A DNA stretch of 64,000 bases from Eledone cirrhosa. Taxonomy: Eukaryota. Position 1 is the first letter of the stretch. Each line of letters opens with the position of its first letter. Where the stretch lies: assembly GCA_964016885.1 (NCBI GenBank), contig OZ024745.1:92194001-92258000 (forward strand). Direction: 5' to 3'. The notes beneath the pieces were generated by a model. The model searched no databases. It was not told the DNA's origin and saw nothing but the letters and a program-made list of their open reading frames with translations. A program made the translations under genes and the position numbers. Shown piece by piece: positions 1 to 12,467 of this stretch.

Positions 1-211
1 TAACGAGACACCAGCATGTAGATAATTGTGTGAAACACCAACTCCGCCTGTGATCTCGCCTCCTAGGTTTTAAGGACCAGACAGATACTCGCATATGCCT
101 TGCCTTGGTCGATGGAAAACACGAAGTTCCATATACCCTCAAGGCTTCTAACTTCTGCTTTGAGGGTACATGGAAACCTTCTCCCCCGATTTTTGGCAAG
201 ACAGAAGTCAC

Positions 212-267
<56 letters not shown>

Positions 268-309
268 CCGTCATCATCGTCGTCGTCATCATCATCATCA
301 TCATCATCC
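212..309. repeat. (CAT)n microsatellite
   Basis: Direct reading; explains the poly-D/S/I ORFs. Confidence 0.95.
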
Positions 310-659
310 AGTTTTTGATTATGCAAAACAGAATTAATCCCTAAGTAGGGGTGGATCACGCTTGACAGTGGCCCTTAGTGTCTTGCTCCATGTGTTTCTG
401 TCCACCGGTCTCACTTGGGCCAGACGAAGCCTAGCTTGATTCCGACAGACATCCTCCATTCAAGTCCTTTTTGGTCTTTCTGCCTCCTGGATCGATATTT
501 CATCACTTTGCTTATATGATAACTCAACTTCTAGTTAGTTTTGGTATGTAATTCACCTCCTAGCTAGTTTTTCAATATTCATTTATTATGGCGAAATAAT
601 GAGTCTTGTTACTTTGTAGTTCCATCTGCGCACTCACAGGATCACCAGACGGGCCGCTG

Positions 660-745
660 ACATTCCGATCTTACGAAGGAGCACGGGGTCCAAGTACGCC
701 TGGGGTCTCGACGGCGACCGGTACGAATAAGAAGCGGCCAGACAT
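660..745 (-). pseudogene. Small fragment of a CRE-like non-LTR retrotransposon (restriction-like endonuclease region)
   Basis: Minus strand reads GRFLFVPVAVETPGVLGPRA, homologous to the fragments at 15.3 kb and 20.4 kb. Confidence 0.6.
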
Positions 746-1101
746 GTATTTCAAAAGCAAGAAGACATTGTGTTTTTTTCACGTCCCACTCCAGCATTTA
801 TTTCTTTGTTAGAGTTGACTCATCTCCTACACCTATCTCTGGCTCGTAACACCAGCAAGTTGTTATTGACTTTGTTGTTACTTGTGTTATAGTGCGACAG
901 TCTGTGCTTATAAATATGCTTGTGTGTAGAATTGTCATTTTCTGTGTAGTTTTTTAAAGTGTAAATGTATGTATGATCATGCTTGTTTAAATATCTTTCT
1001 TTTCTTTCTGTGTGTCATTCTGTAAACTTCTGTGTTATTGTTTTTACGCAGAGGTGATTAGTGCTACTGTAATTGTGGTACCCTCCAGTGCTGCACCGCC
1101 A

Positions 1102-1193
1102 CAAGAAGAAGAAGAAGAAGAAGAAGAAGAAGAAGAAGAAGAAGAAGAAGAAGAAGAAGAAGAAGAAGAAGAAGAAACAGGCAAAGAATAAAC

Positions 1194-1228
<35 letters not shown>
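1102..1228. repeat. (AAG)n followed by (AAT)n microsatellites; the AAT tract abuts the 3' end of the Tx1-like LINE
   Basis: Direct reading: AAG run ~1102-1175, AAT run 1194-1228. Confidence 0.95.
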
Positions 1229-1230
<2 letters not shown>

Positions 1231-3452
1231 TTTCATTTATTGGCCACAAGGGCCGACATATAGGGGACAATACAAAAGACTGGGACAGTGGGGTTTTACA
1301 GAAAAATCGAGTAAACAATATGAATAACAATAACAAAGTAACAATAACAAAGTAACAATAAAGTAACAAGAAAATGACAACAAGGAAAAATTCCCCAATA
1401 GGGGGGATGACCACCTAGGGTTCGCTCAGGTACCCCACCGGTCTTGAACGACCCGACGCTTCGAGAGCACCCTGGAAGGGCACCCCTCTCCTCCTCAAAT
1501 TTACCCACCTACAGCCGCATGACCAGAGTAGACCCACTCACACGGGCCATTCTCGCCACATTCACCCACCTTTCAGCAAATGTACTGGGAGGCATCACTT
1601 CTCTCTCCACCCCACCTTCCTTTCCAAGTGAAACTTGAAAAAGTTGATGAGGGATTGTCCTTTCAACCTCGTTCACCATACAACCTCTTTCGCTACTGCC
1701 ACAAGACAGAGGAAAATTGCCTGCCCTTCCTGGCCAAAAGAAGGCGGCGGGTCGATCTTCACTACGAACTCGGCCGATAGCCGGATCCGTTCTACGCGCG
1801 ACAACAGCTGTTCAACATAACTCCACAAGTCAGTAATGCACGGACACTGGACGAGTGCGTGCAGAACGGTTTCGTCGCTCTGCGCGCATCTCGGGCAGGT
1901 CCGTCTGACAGCACTTCCGTGCCTGTAGAGTTTATCTCGAACCGGTAGTGCCCCCCGGTAGCACTGCCAAGCGAGGGATTTTTGGAAATTATCCATCGTC
2001 CCCGGCTCGAAAGTCGTCCGGTACAGACTGGTTAGTTCGACTTCGTTGACTCCCAGAGCCTCTCCGAGTGCGTCGTCGCACTTGCCCACCACTAATCCTC
2101 TATAGAACTCGAGAGTGGAAGTTCCACTGACCGCACTGCCCGCCTGGTAGAGGGCAGTGAGTGCTTGGCAACATTCCAGATGCCAGTCACCCAGTCTCGG
2201 TCTCTTCTTGACCCAGGACTGCAGCTCAGTCAAAGAAACGAGCTGCGGAAAGGCCCGTCTGACAAACGGCGACCACACCTGTTCACCGTTTAGGCAGAAT
2301 ATCTGGAGATGCCGCAGCCTCAGCGCATGCCTGCGCATCATTAGCCACGGCATGCCCAGCCGTAGAGGGTGCTGGCAGCAGATGGACCGCCTCACCAGCG
2401 GAACCTGACCCCTCCACAAGAATTTGAAGAGGAGTCGCTCCAAGATGGCGAGGCGCGAACGGGGGCAAGGAACGACGGTCAGACGGTAGTAGATGACGGA
2501 CGCGATGTACGCGTTCGCCACCTCCGCCCGACCTTTCAGTGATAGCTTCATCCAAGCCCATTTCTGGGTGAGACTGGCTACCCTGCCCGTCAGCTCGTCC
2601 CAATCCTTATCCACCTGGAGGTCTGGCCCGACCCAAACCCCTAGCAACTTTACCGGTCCGTCCGTCCAACGCCTAACGACGCTGTTGGACGGCATGGACT
2701 TGCCTCTCCAGGTGCTGAGTTGCAAGCCCACCGACTTTTCCGGGTTAAGTTTTGCTCCCGTCAACCTTTCATATTCCTCCAATAAGTTGCCGACCACCTC
2801 GATTTCTGAGGTGTCCGACACCATCACGGTGATGTCGTCCGCATAAGCCGACACAGCCTTTCCGCGTCCCGGTTCGAGCGGGATGCCCTGCAACAGCTCC
2901 AGCTTCCGCAGTAAAGGCTCGAGAGTCAATACGTACAGAAGGGAGGAGAGAGGGCACCCTTGACGGACCGATCGGGAGACCTGAAACGGTTCCGAGAGGT
3001 GGCCATTAATTTTGACCATCGAGCAGGTGCCGCTGTGCATTGCAGCGATCCAGCTTCTGAAGACGGGGCCGAAGCCAGCCGCCTTGAGGACAGCCTCCAG
3101 GTACCGATGGTCGACCCTATCGAATGCTTTCGATTGATCTAAATTGATCAGAGCCCCACCGAAGCCAGGTTTACACCCTACCCTCTCTATGATGTATCGC
3201 ATTAGGTGGAGGTTGTCGTGTATGGATTTGGTTGGGATTGCGCAAGTTTGCGCCTCCCCAAAGAAATCCCCGACGACAAGCGCCAACCTCTTCGCTAACA
3301 CCCTGGCCAAAATCTTAAACTCTGTGTTGAGCAGAGTTATGGGCCTGAAATTGTCTAATGTGTCCCTCTTGTTCTCGTCTTTCCTTATCAGCGTCACTAC
3401 GCCTCGGCTCACAGAACTGGGAATACTCCCGTTTTGCTGCCAGTTGCAGTAG
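1229..3452 (-). mobile_element. L1/Tx1-type LINE, 3' portion (copy A1): RT, C-terminal CCHC finger and 3' UTR
   Basis: ORF 1673-3601 has RPITLLNTEFKILA, LDQSKAFDRVDH, SVRQGCPLS, AYADD and CPRCAQSDETVLHALVQC; AATAAA near the end, then an (ATT)n tail. Confidence 0.92.
1673..3452 (-). pseudogene. Tx1-like ORF2 reverse transcriptase, 5'-truncated and frameshifted at the C-terminus
   Basis: RT motifs as above; the N-terminal ~50 aa of the computed ORF come from an out-of-frame part of the neighbouring copy. Confidence 0.88.
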
Positions 3453-6400
3453 CGCGCATCTCGGACAGGCTCGGCTGACGGCACTTCCGTGCCTGTAGAG
3501 CTTATCTCGAACCGGCAGCGCTCCCCGGTAGCACTGCCAGGCCAGGGATTTTTGGAAGTTATCCATAGGCCCTGGGCTGAAAGTTCTCCGGAAGAGAGCA
3601 AACAGCTGATCTTCTTCGACGCCCAGGATCTCTCCGAGAACGTCGTCGCTCTTCCCCTCCACTAGTCCTCTATAGAACGCCGAGGTGGATGTTCCACTGA
3701 TAATGGTGCCCAGCTGGCAGAGGGCAGTGAGCGCCTGGAGACATTCCAGTTTCCAAGCGTTATCCCTCGGTCTTTTCCTGACCCAGGACTGCAGCTCCGT
3801 CAAGGAGACGAGCCGTGGGAAAATGTGTCTGGCGAACGGCGACCACACCTGTTCACCGTCAAGGAGGCACCAGAGATGTCGCAGCCTCAGCGCATGTTTG
3901 CGCATCATCAGCCATGGCATGCCCAGTCCTCCACGCAACGGGTGTTGACAGCAGATGGATCGTCTGACCATGGGAGCGCGTTCTTTCCACAAAAAGCGGA
4001 AGAGGAGGTGCTCCATTTTGGTGAGAGTTGGGCCGGAGCAAGGGACGATGGTGAGGCGGTAGCAGATGACGGATGGGATGTACGCATTCGCCACCTCAAC
4101 CCGGCCTTTCAGGGACAGCTTCCTCTCGGCCCGTTTCTGGGTGAGGGAGGCCACCTTGCTCGTCACCTCGCTCCAGTTTTTCTCCATCTGGAGGTCCGAT
4201 CCGAACCAGACCCCGAGCAATTTAACCGGTCTGTCCGTCCAACGCCCCACGACGCTGTCGGACGGCATGGACTCGCCTCTCCAGGTCCCGAGCTGCAAGC
4301 CCACTGACTTTTCCTGGTTTATCTTTGCTCCTGTCACCACTTCGTATTCATTGAGAGCGGTGCCGAGCATCTGGACGTGTCTGGTGCTCGACACCACCAC
4401 GGTGACGTCGTCGGTGTAAGCCGACTCGGATTTCCCGCATCCTAGTTCGCGTGGGACGCCCCTCATCGCCCCCAGTTTGTGCAGTAACGGCTCGAGAGCC
4501 AATAGGTACAAGAGGGACGAGAGGAGACAACCCTGGCGGACCGAGCGCATGATACTGAAGGGCTGCGACAGGTGACCGTTCACCCTCACAACTGAGTAGA
4601 TGTCGCTGTACATCGCAGCGATCCAGCTCCTGAAAACGGGCCCGAAACCGGCTGCCTCGAGGACCACTGCCAGGTACCGATGGTCGACCCTATCGAATGC
4701 ATTGGATTGATCCAAGTTAATCAGGGCCCCACCCGTGCCAGGTTCCTTAACCACCCTCTCTATGATGTATCGCATGAGGTGGATGTTGTCGTGTATGGAT
4801 CTGTCCGGAATGGCACATGTCTGCGTCTCTCCCACCAGACCCTTGACGACAAGCGCCAACATCGTTGCTAACACCTTGGCCAAAATCTTGACCTCTGCGT
4901 TTAGCAGGGTTATGGGCCTGAAGTTATCGATAACATCCCCTTGTTCGGGTCTTTTCTCAGCAGCGCCACTGCTTTTCGGCTCACAAAACTGGGAACGCTC
5001 CCGTTCTGCTGCCAGTTGCAGTAGACGTCTGCCAAGAGGTCACCGAACAAGTCTGGCATAAATGCATAAAGCTCGTAGGGTAGACCATCCAAACCTGGCG
5101 ATTTACCCCTCGTGCAGTTAGCCATCGCTTCCCGTATTTCACCGGCTGTTATTGGCTTTTCGTAACACTGTGCTGCGGTTGTCGAGAGCCGAGTCAGTCC
5201 CTCGAGGTATGCACTGAAGTCCATACCCCGATCCGACCCGCCGCTGCTCCCGAACAGTTCAGCAAAGTGCTGCTGAAAAGCTTCACACATCTGCCCGGGT
5301 TCGAGCAACACGCGCTCGTTTTGGTCAGATAAAGACCGAATTGTGGGAGTGTTGCCACGTCGCGCCTCTGCCACCCGAGCCCATTGGACGGCTTTTGTCC
5401 CTTCGTGTTTCAGAGCACGCGCTCTAGCTCTGACAACGCAGCCTTCGTGTTTTGCGTTGAAGAATTGGTCTAGTGCCAATCTCGCCGCAAGCACGTCGGT
5501 TGCGATGCCTGTCTTAAACGCCTCTTCTAGCTTTCTGACTAGCTCTCCCTCTATTTTCCTCTATCACTAGTCCTTTGCTAAACCTAATCGACTCTACTTT
5601 AATTGCCCTTTTCAGGGCGAACCACCACCTGCTGTTGACGACCGCTCTCGTCAACGCTCGCTTAACTAATACGCTAATCCGGTCTCTGTAGGCTTTGCGC
5701 GCCGGTAAAGACACGTTCAGCTTCCAGTAACCGGGTCCTTGTCTATGAAGTCTGTCTATGTCGATTTCACAGATCACAAATTTGTGGTCTGTGTAGTCGA
5801 CTATTTTAAATTGTGGACAACTTATACTAGCCTTATCTAGTTCTCTGCAGAATACCCTATTGAGATACGATCTGGATGACACGATGCGGTTTGTCCATGT
5901 CCACATTGGCACATTCGGTGATCCAGTCGATACCTGTCAGACAGTTCAAAACGTCTGAGCAGGTTGGTGAGGCTCTTGCACCCTCCTCCCCTATCCACTA
6001 GCCCCACACAATCCCAGCGTGCATTCAAGATACCGTTCCAGTCGCCCACTAACACTAAAGAGCGGGACGTTCCAAGAAAGGTGTCTAGACGTCTGAAGAA
6101 ATCTGGCCGTCCTGTCCCTGTCGGGCCATAGACGGCTACTAGCCTGAAAGCGTTGCCTTCGGTGCCTCTTACGTCCAGCACCACCAACTTACCTTCTAGG
6201 TTCAGGAAGATGGACCGTATGGCGAGCCTTTTTGAAACAACACAGCCACTCCGCCCCCTCCCGATCCCGGACGGCTCGGAGATGCGTACACCTCGTAACC
6301 GTCGAAGATCGGTGCGAAAGCTTGCGTTTCGGAGATTCTCGTCTTGCTGATGGCCACCACATTTATGTTTAGTGACCTGAGGTTAAGCATGTGACCCTGC

Positions 6401-6456
6401 TTCCAAACCGAGCTCAAGCCACGCACGTTTACACTTCCGATCCTGAATACGGCCAT
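3452..6456 (-). pseudogene. ORF2 (APE endonuclease + RT) of copy A2, multiple frameshifts
   Basis: ATG at 6456 (MAVFRIGSVNVRGL); ORF pieces 6202-6492, 5837-6187, 5514-5912, 4910-5494, 3315-4883 are collinear parts of one protein. Confidence 0.88.
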
Positions 6457-6488
6457 GCTGGGTGAGGAACGGGGCAAGTGAGAAAGGA

Positions 6489-8574
6489 TCACTTACCTTG
6501 ATCGTCTGGTGAAGGGACCGTTGAATCGTCCCTTCGGCTGGTCGTCGGCTCTTCTGTGAGTATATCCGAGTATACTCTCCGGTTGAGTGTCCCTCCTAGG
6601 TCTCTGAAATCACGCGTTGGGGAATTTCATTTTAATGTTTGTGTGTTGTTTCTGTGATATTCTTACAAGTCTTATGTTCGTTGGTGTTTTGATGGTGCTG
6701 GTATTATGTCGTCGTGCTGTGAAATGTCTGTGTGTTCAATTATGTAAGTCATTAGTTTCTTGTCGTGTATTTATTGCTGTGCATTTCTTTTTCTGGGGGT
6801 GAGGTGGGGTTCTGTTATTTTCTTGTCGTTGTTGCTGGGTGTGTTTTGTTATTGTGTTTGCGATGTTGGTGCTTGTGGTGGTGTTGTTGAAGGTGTTGTT
6901 GTTGGCGGTGGGGTTGCCGCCGGTGGTGATGGTAGTGCTAGTGTGGGTGGTGATGCTGTTGGTGGTGTTGCTGCTGTAAGTCTCTTTGCAGTAGCCTTCA
7001 CCCTTTTTTCATTCTTCCCTCCCCTTTCGAAGGCGACGATGCGCTGCTTCTGCGTTTGTGCCTTCTTGCGACCTTTTGCCATCCCTCTCCCCCCTCACAC
7101 ACCATGTCCGATTCAGTAAGGTCGGGGAGGGGTACCAGCTCCACTCTTTCCCTTGTTCTTGTTGGTGATGGTTGCAGTGGAGTCTCTGTTGCAGCTGCAG
7201 TTGGTATTACTGTTGTTGTTAATACTTCCACTGCTGCTGCTGTTCTTGATTTCCGTGGGGTGGGTATGGGTGCCACGGACCTATCCTTCCTGCTTTCCGC
7301 CTGTCCTGTTGCTGGTAACAGTGGAGCCGGTTTCGGAAGGAGGGGGGTTTTCTCCTTTCTCGGGGTCTTCTCATTGCAGAAGGCCCTGAGGTGAGTCTTC
7401 GACCCACAGCGAAAGCATTTCGGGCGTTTGCCCTCATCACTTATGGGAAGTTGAGTGCCGCTATCGAAGTCTATCACATCCGGGATAGCTTCGATGCACT
7501 CCTGGCTGGTTTGAATTAACATCTCAATGGAGGCGCCGACCCAATCTTCTAGTACTTTTTTCTGTACTTGCAGTACGGTTGTTTTGTCCTCGATTCCGAC
7601 GAGGACAGACGCGGCCAGCCAAGAAGGGGCCATCCCGGGGGGGGGGGGGGTCAGTTTGACCCTCACAATTTTTGCCCGCAGTAGGAGAACACCAACACCA
7701 TTTCCTCGCTTCTTAGGGTTACTAAGGATTGAGCCTTTGCCTCCTGGGGTGTGGAAAAAAGCACGTCCACGGTGACATATTTCTTGCCTCGGGTGATATG
7801 CGTTTTCCGCTGCCACACAGACCCTAAGGCTTTTTGTATTTGAGCCTCTGTGGCTCTTTCAACCCTACGTGATTTTGTGCTTACTGTATAGTACGTGACC
7901 GTACAGTGCTGTTGGGTTTCGAAAAATTCTTCGGCGGCCTTGCAGATTGCTCGGTGTCCGGTTTTCATCACCATCTTCCTTGCTTCCTGTAATTCCTCAT
8001 TTGTTATAAGGATGGTTTCCAGGTTCTTTGCGATACCTGCAAATGAGATTGGTTTTTCTTTCTTCTTGTTGTTGTCGTCAGAGCTGCTGTTACTTTTGTT
8101 GTTGCTGCTGGTACTACGACCGCCGCCGCCGCTGTTGCTGTTGTTGTTGTTGTTGTTGCTGTTGCTGCTGCCGTTGCTGTTGTTGTTTATACTGCTGCTG
8201 ATGTTGTTGCGGATGCTACTAGTATTTTCCTCGCCACTGTTGCTTCTGCTGCTGTTATTACGGCTGCTGCTGCTATTCTTCATGACGTCAGACGAATGAA
8301 ATGGCTTTCCGTATTTACCGCACACATCTTTCGTTGTTGTCGTCGTCGTGGAGAAATGTTCCACGGTACGCGCATTCTCTTGATGAAGAACGCTACGAGA
8401 AACTACATTTTTCTTTTTCTTTAATGGCGTCGCTTGCAAAAGAGGCGACAGAGGCGACACCACATTTAGAGAAGGGAGGGAGAGAGACAATCTTTTCTCT
8501 GGCATAATGACGGTTGGGGAAGAAGAAGATGGAAGAAGTGGGAGTGACTTGTGAAAATTCTTTTTTGTAGCCAT
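6489..8574 (-). pseudogene. ORF1 (gag-like, CCHC knuckle) of copy A2, frameshifted
   Basis: ORFs 7663-8574 and 6998-7816 are homologous to ORF1 of copy B (SFAxxAK, RRVERAxExQIQKALG, knuckle); frameshift near the poly-G at ~7635-7650. Confidence 0.82.
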
Positions 8575-8789
8575 GTTTTTTTACGGTTTAAAATGAATAT
8601 TGGGCACAAATCCCCCATAACTGGTTATTTAACCGCGAAGGGCCAAATAACGGGCAGAAAGACCCCTCTCACGAGGAGGAGGGTGTCTTTATCTACAATT
8701 TGGTTCAAGTTTTAAACAATTTACAATTGTTATAACGGTTAAAAATTACAATACCTTACAGAGCCGAGCCTCCGTCAACCATGGCATTC

Positions 8790-8837
<48 letters not shown>
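8790..8837. repeat. (AAT)n tract separating two tandem LINEs
   Basis: Direct reading. Confidence 0.95.
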
Positions 8838-8839
<2 letters not shown>

Positions 8840-9100
8840 TTTCTTTATTAACCACAAGGGTTTACATAAAGTAGACATTAAGGACAGTGCAGGACAATGC
8901 AGGACGGTACAAATGGGCATTTCTGCGTGTAAAAAAAACAAAAACAGAGGATGTAACAAAAATAACAATGAAAATAACAATGAAAAATTCCCCAATAGGG
9001 GGGAGACTTCCGAGGGACATTTGTGGAGAAAGCCCATTAAAAGGCGACAGTGACCCTGACCACCAGGACAAGTGCCCTCTCCCAGTTTTCCACCTTTAAT

Positions 9101-12100
9101 TTACAGACACATACTCAGAGTAGGCCCATTCACACGGGCCATACTTGCTTCTTTCACCCATCTTTCAACAAAATGCTGGGAAGAGAGCACTTCCCTCTCT
9201 ACCCTGATTTTCCTTTTCAAATGAAATTTGAAAAAGTTAATCAGGGCATCACCGAAGAGGTAAGGGCTCGTCTTCAGCCCTTTCAAACGTGTCCACCATA
9301 CTATCTCTTTCGCCATGGCCACCAGACAGATAAAAACTGCCTGCCCTTCCCGGCTAAAGGAAGAGGGCGGGGCAATCCTCACGATGGACTCAGCTGATAG
9401 CTGGATCCGTCCTACACGTGACAGCAGGTGTTCGACATAAACCCACAAGTCAGCAATGCTCGGACACTGGACGAGTGCGTGCAGGACGGTTTCGTCGCCC
9501 TGCGCGCATCTCGGACATGCCCGGCGGACGGCACCTCCATGCCTGTAGAGTTTATCCCGAACTGGCAAAGCTCCTCGGTAGCACTGCCAGGACAGGGATT
9601 TCTGGAAGTTGTCCATAGGCCCCGGCCCAAAAGTCCTTCCGAAGAGATTGGCTAGTTGATTTTCGTCGACGCCTAGAGTTTCTCCAAGTACGTCGTCGCT
9701 CTTCCCCTCCACTAATCCTCTATAGAACGCCAAGGAGGAGTTTCCACCGATCACATTGCCCGATTGGTCGAGGGCTGTGAGCACCTGAAGACATTCCAGT
9801 CTCCAAGCGCTTCCTCTCGATCTTCGCTTGACCCAGGACTGCAGCTCCGTCAAGGAGACGAGCTGGGGAAAGACGTGTCTAGCAAACGGCGACCACACCT
9901 GATCACCGTCGAGGAAGAGGTGGAGATGTCGTAGCCTGAGCGCGTGTCTGCGCATCATCAGCCACGGCATGCCCAGCCCTCCACGTAGCGGGTGTTGACA
10001 GCAGATGGACCGCCTGACCATCGGAGCGCGTCCCTTCCACAAAAAGCGAAAGAGCAAACGCTCCAGCGCAGTCAGGCAGGGCTTAGGACAAGGTACGACG
10101 GTCAGGCGGTAGTAGATGACGGACGCGATGTACGCGTTAGCCACCTCCGCTCGACCTTTCAGGGATAGCTTCCTCTCCACCCATTTCTGGGTGAGAGAAG
10201 CCACCCTGCTCGTCACCTCGTCCCAGTTTTTGTCCGTCTGGATGTCCGGACCGAACCAGACCCCTAGCAATTTAACCGGTCAGCCCGTCCAGCGCCCGAC
10301 GACGCTGTTGGACGGCATGGACCTGCCTCTCCAGGTGCCGACCTGCAGGCCCACTGACTTTTCCTGGTTGATCATTGCTCCTGTCACCGCTTCGTATTCT
10401 CTTAGTGTAGTGCCGATCGCCTCGATGTGTTTGGCGTTCGACACCACTACGGTGACATCGTCGGCATATGCTGACACGGATCTTCCGCATCCTAGTTCGC
10501 GCGGGACCCCCCTCAACGTCTCCAGTTTGTGCAGTAATGGCTCGAGAGTCAATACGTACAAGAGGGCAGCGATCCAAGAGTGCATGGCAGCGATCCAGCC
10601 TATGAAGACGGGCCCAAAGCCAGCCGCCCCCAGGACTGCCGCTAGGTAACGATGGTCGACCCTATCGAAAGCTTTCGACTGATCTAAATTGATCAAGGAC
10701 CCACTCGTGCCAGGTTCCCTAGCTACCCTCTCTACGATGTATCGCATGAGGTGGAGGTTGTCGTGGATGGATCTGTCGGGAATGGCGCACGTCTGCGCCT
10801 CTCCCACCAGACCACCAACGACAAGCGCCAACCTCTTTGCTAGCACCTTGGCCAAAATCTTGAACTCTGTGTTTAGCAGAGTTATGGGCCTGAAATTATC
10901 TATGTTATCCCCCTTGTTCGGATCCTTTCTCAGCAGCGTCACAGCTCCTCGGCTCACAGAGCTGGGAATTCTCCCGTTCTGTTGCCAGTTGCAGTAGACG
11001 TCCGCCAAGAGGCCTCCGAACAAGTCTGGCATCTGTACGTAAAGTTCATAGGGCAGACCATCCAAACCAGGCGATTTACCCCTTGTGCAGCCAGTCATTG
11101 CCTCCCGTACTTCAGCGGCTGTTATCGGCTTTTCGCAACACTCCGCCTCAGTGGCCGAGAGCCGCGGCAGTCCGTCGAGGTAGACACTAAAGTCCATCCC
11201 TCGATCCGGCCCGCCGCTGCCCCCGAACAGCTGTGCGAAATGTCACTGAAAAGCTTCACACATTTGCCCGGGATCGAATAGCATGCGCCCGTCGTGATCC
11301 ACCAAAGACCGGATCGTGGCTTTGTTGCCACGACGCGCCTCCGCCACTCGGGCCCATTGAACGGCTTTCGTCCCCTCGTGTCTGAGAGCACGCATCCTAG
11401 CTCTGACAACGCAGCCTTCGTGCTTTGCATTGAAGAATTGGTCAAGGGCCAATTTCGCCGCAAGTACGTCGGTCGCGATGCCTTTGCTAAGCGCCTCGTC
11501 TAATTTTCTAACTAATTCTCCCTCTGCTCTATTTTTCTCTATTGCTAAAGCCTTACTAAACCTAATGGACTCTATTCTAATTGCTCTTTTCAGAGCAAAC
11601 CACCACTTGTTGTTGACGATGCCCCCCCCCCCCCCGTCAACGCTCGCTTAACTAGTTCGTTAATCCGGTCTCTGTAAGCCATGCCCGCTGGTAAGGACGC
11701 GTTTAGCTTCCAGTAGCCGGGTCCTCGTCTATGAAGCCTATCTAAGTCAAGCACACAGATCACGAATTTGTGGTCCGTGTAGCTGACTATCTTGAATTGT
11801 GGACAGCCTATGCTAGACCTATCTATTTCCCTACAAAATACTCTATCTAGATATGATCTGGATGACCCTATGCGATTTGTCCAAGTCCACATTGGCACAT
11901 TCGGGAAATCCAATCGGTACCTGTCAGACAGTTCAAAACGCCTGAGCAGGTTGGTGAGACTCTTGCACCCTCCTACCCTATCCACTAATCCCACACAGTC
12001 CTAGCGTGCATCTAAGATCCCGTTCCGGTCGCCCACTAACACTAAAGAGCGGGACGTTCCAAGAAAGGTCTCCAGACGCCGGAAGAAATCAGGCCGCCCT

Positions 12101-12433
12101 GCTCCTGTCGGGGCATAGACGGCCACTAACCTGAAATCTTGCCCGTCTCCGCTGGTCACGTCCAGCACCACCAACTTACCTTCTGGGTCCAGGAAAATGG
12201 CCCTTATGGCAAGATCCAAACCTCTCCGAAAAAGCACAGCTGGGACGGCTGGGAGATGCGTACACATCGTAGCCGCCGAAGATCGGTGCGAAGGCCCGTG
12301 CTTCGGAGATTCTGGTCTCGCTGATGGCCACTACATCTATGTTTAGTGACCTGAGGTCGTTGAGCAGGTGGCCCTGCTTCCATGACGACCCCAAGCCACG
12401 CACATTTATGCTGCCTATTCTGAGTGAGGTCAT
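9101..12433 (-). pseudogene. ORF2 (APE + RT + CCHC) of copy B, with frameshifts and an RT-internal deletion
   Basis: MTSLRIGSINVRGL at 12433; pieces 12176-12433, 12001-12267, 11590-11994, 11243-11452, 10280-11197, 9101-10270; SVRQGCPLS motif missing near 10565. Confidence 0.88.
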
Positions 12434-12467
12434 GTTGAAATGGAGTGGAAAAGATGGGAAAGACCAC

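Larger units (their letters stand above)
3452..8789 (-). mobile_element. L1/Tx1-type LINE (copy A2): 5' UTR, ORF1 and ORF2, lacking its own 3' end
   Basis: ORF1 with zinc knuckle CFRCGSKTHLRAFC; APE motifs RIGSVNVRGL, VLVGDWN, YTDHKFV; RT motifs KSPGLDGLPYE, SVRQGC, AYTDD; 5' end abuts (AAT)n. Confidence 0.92.
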
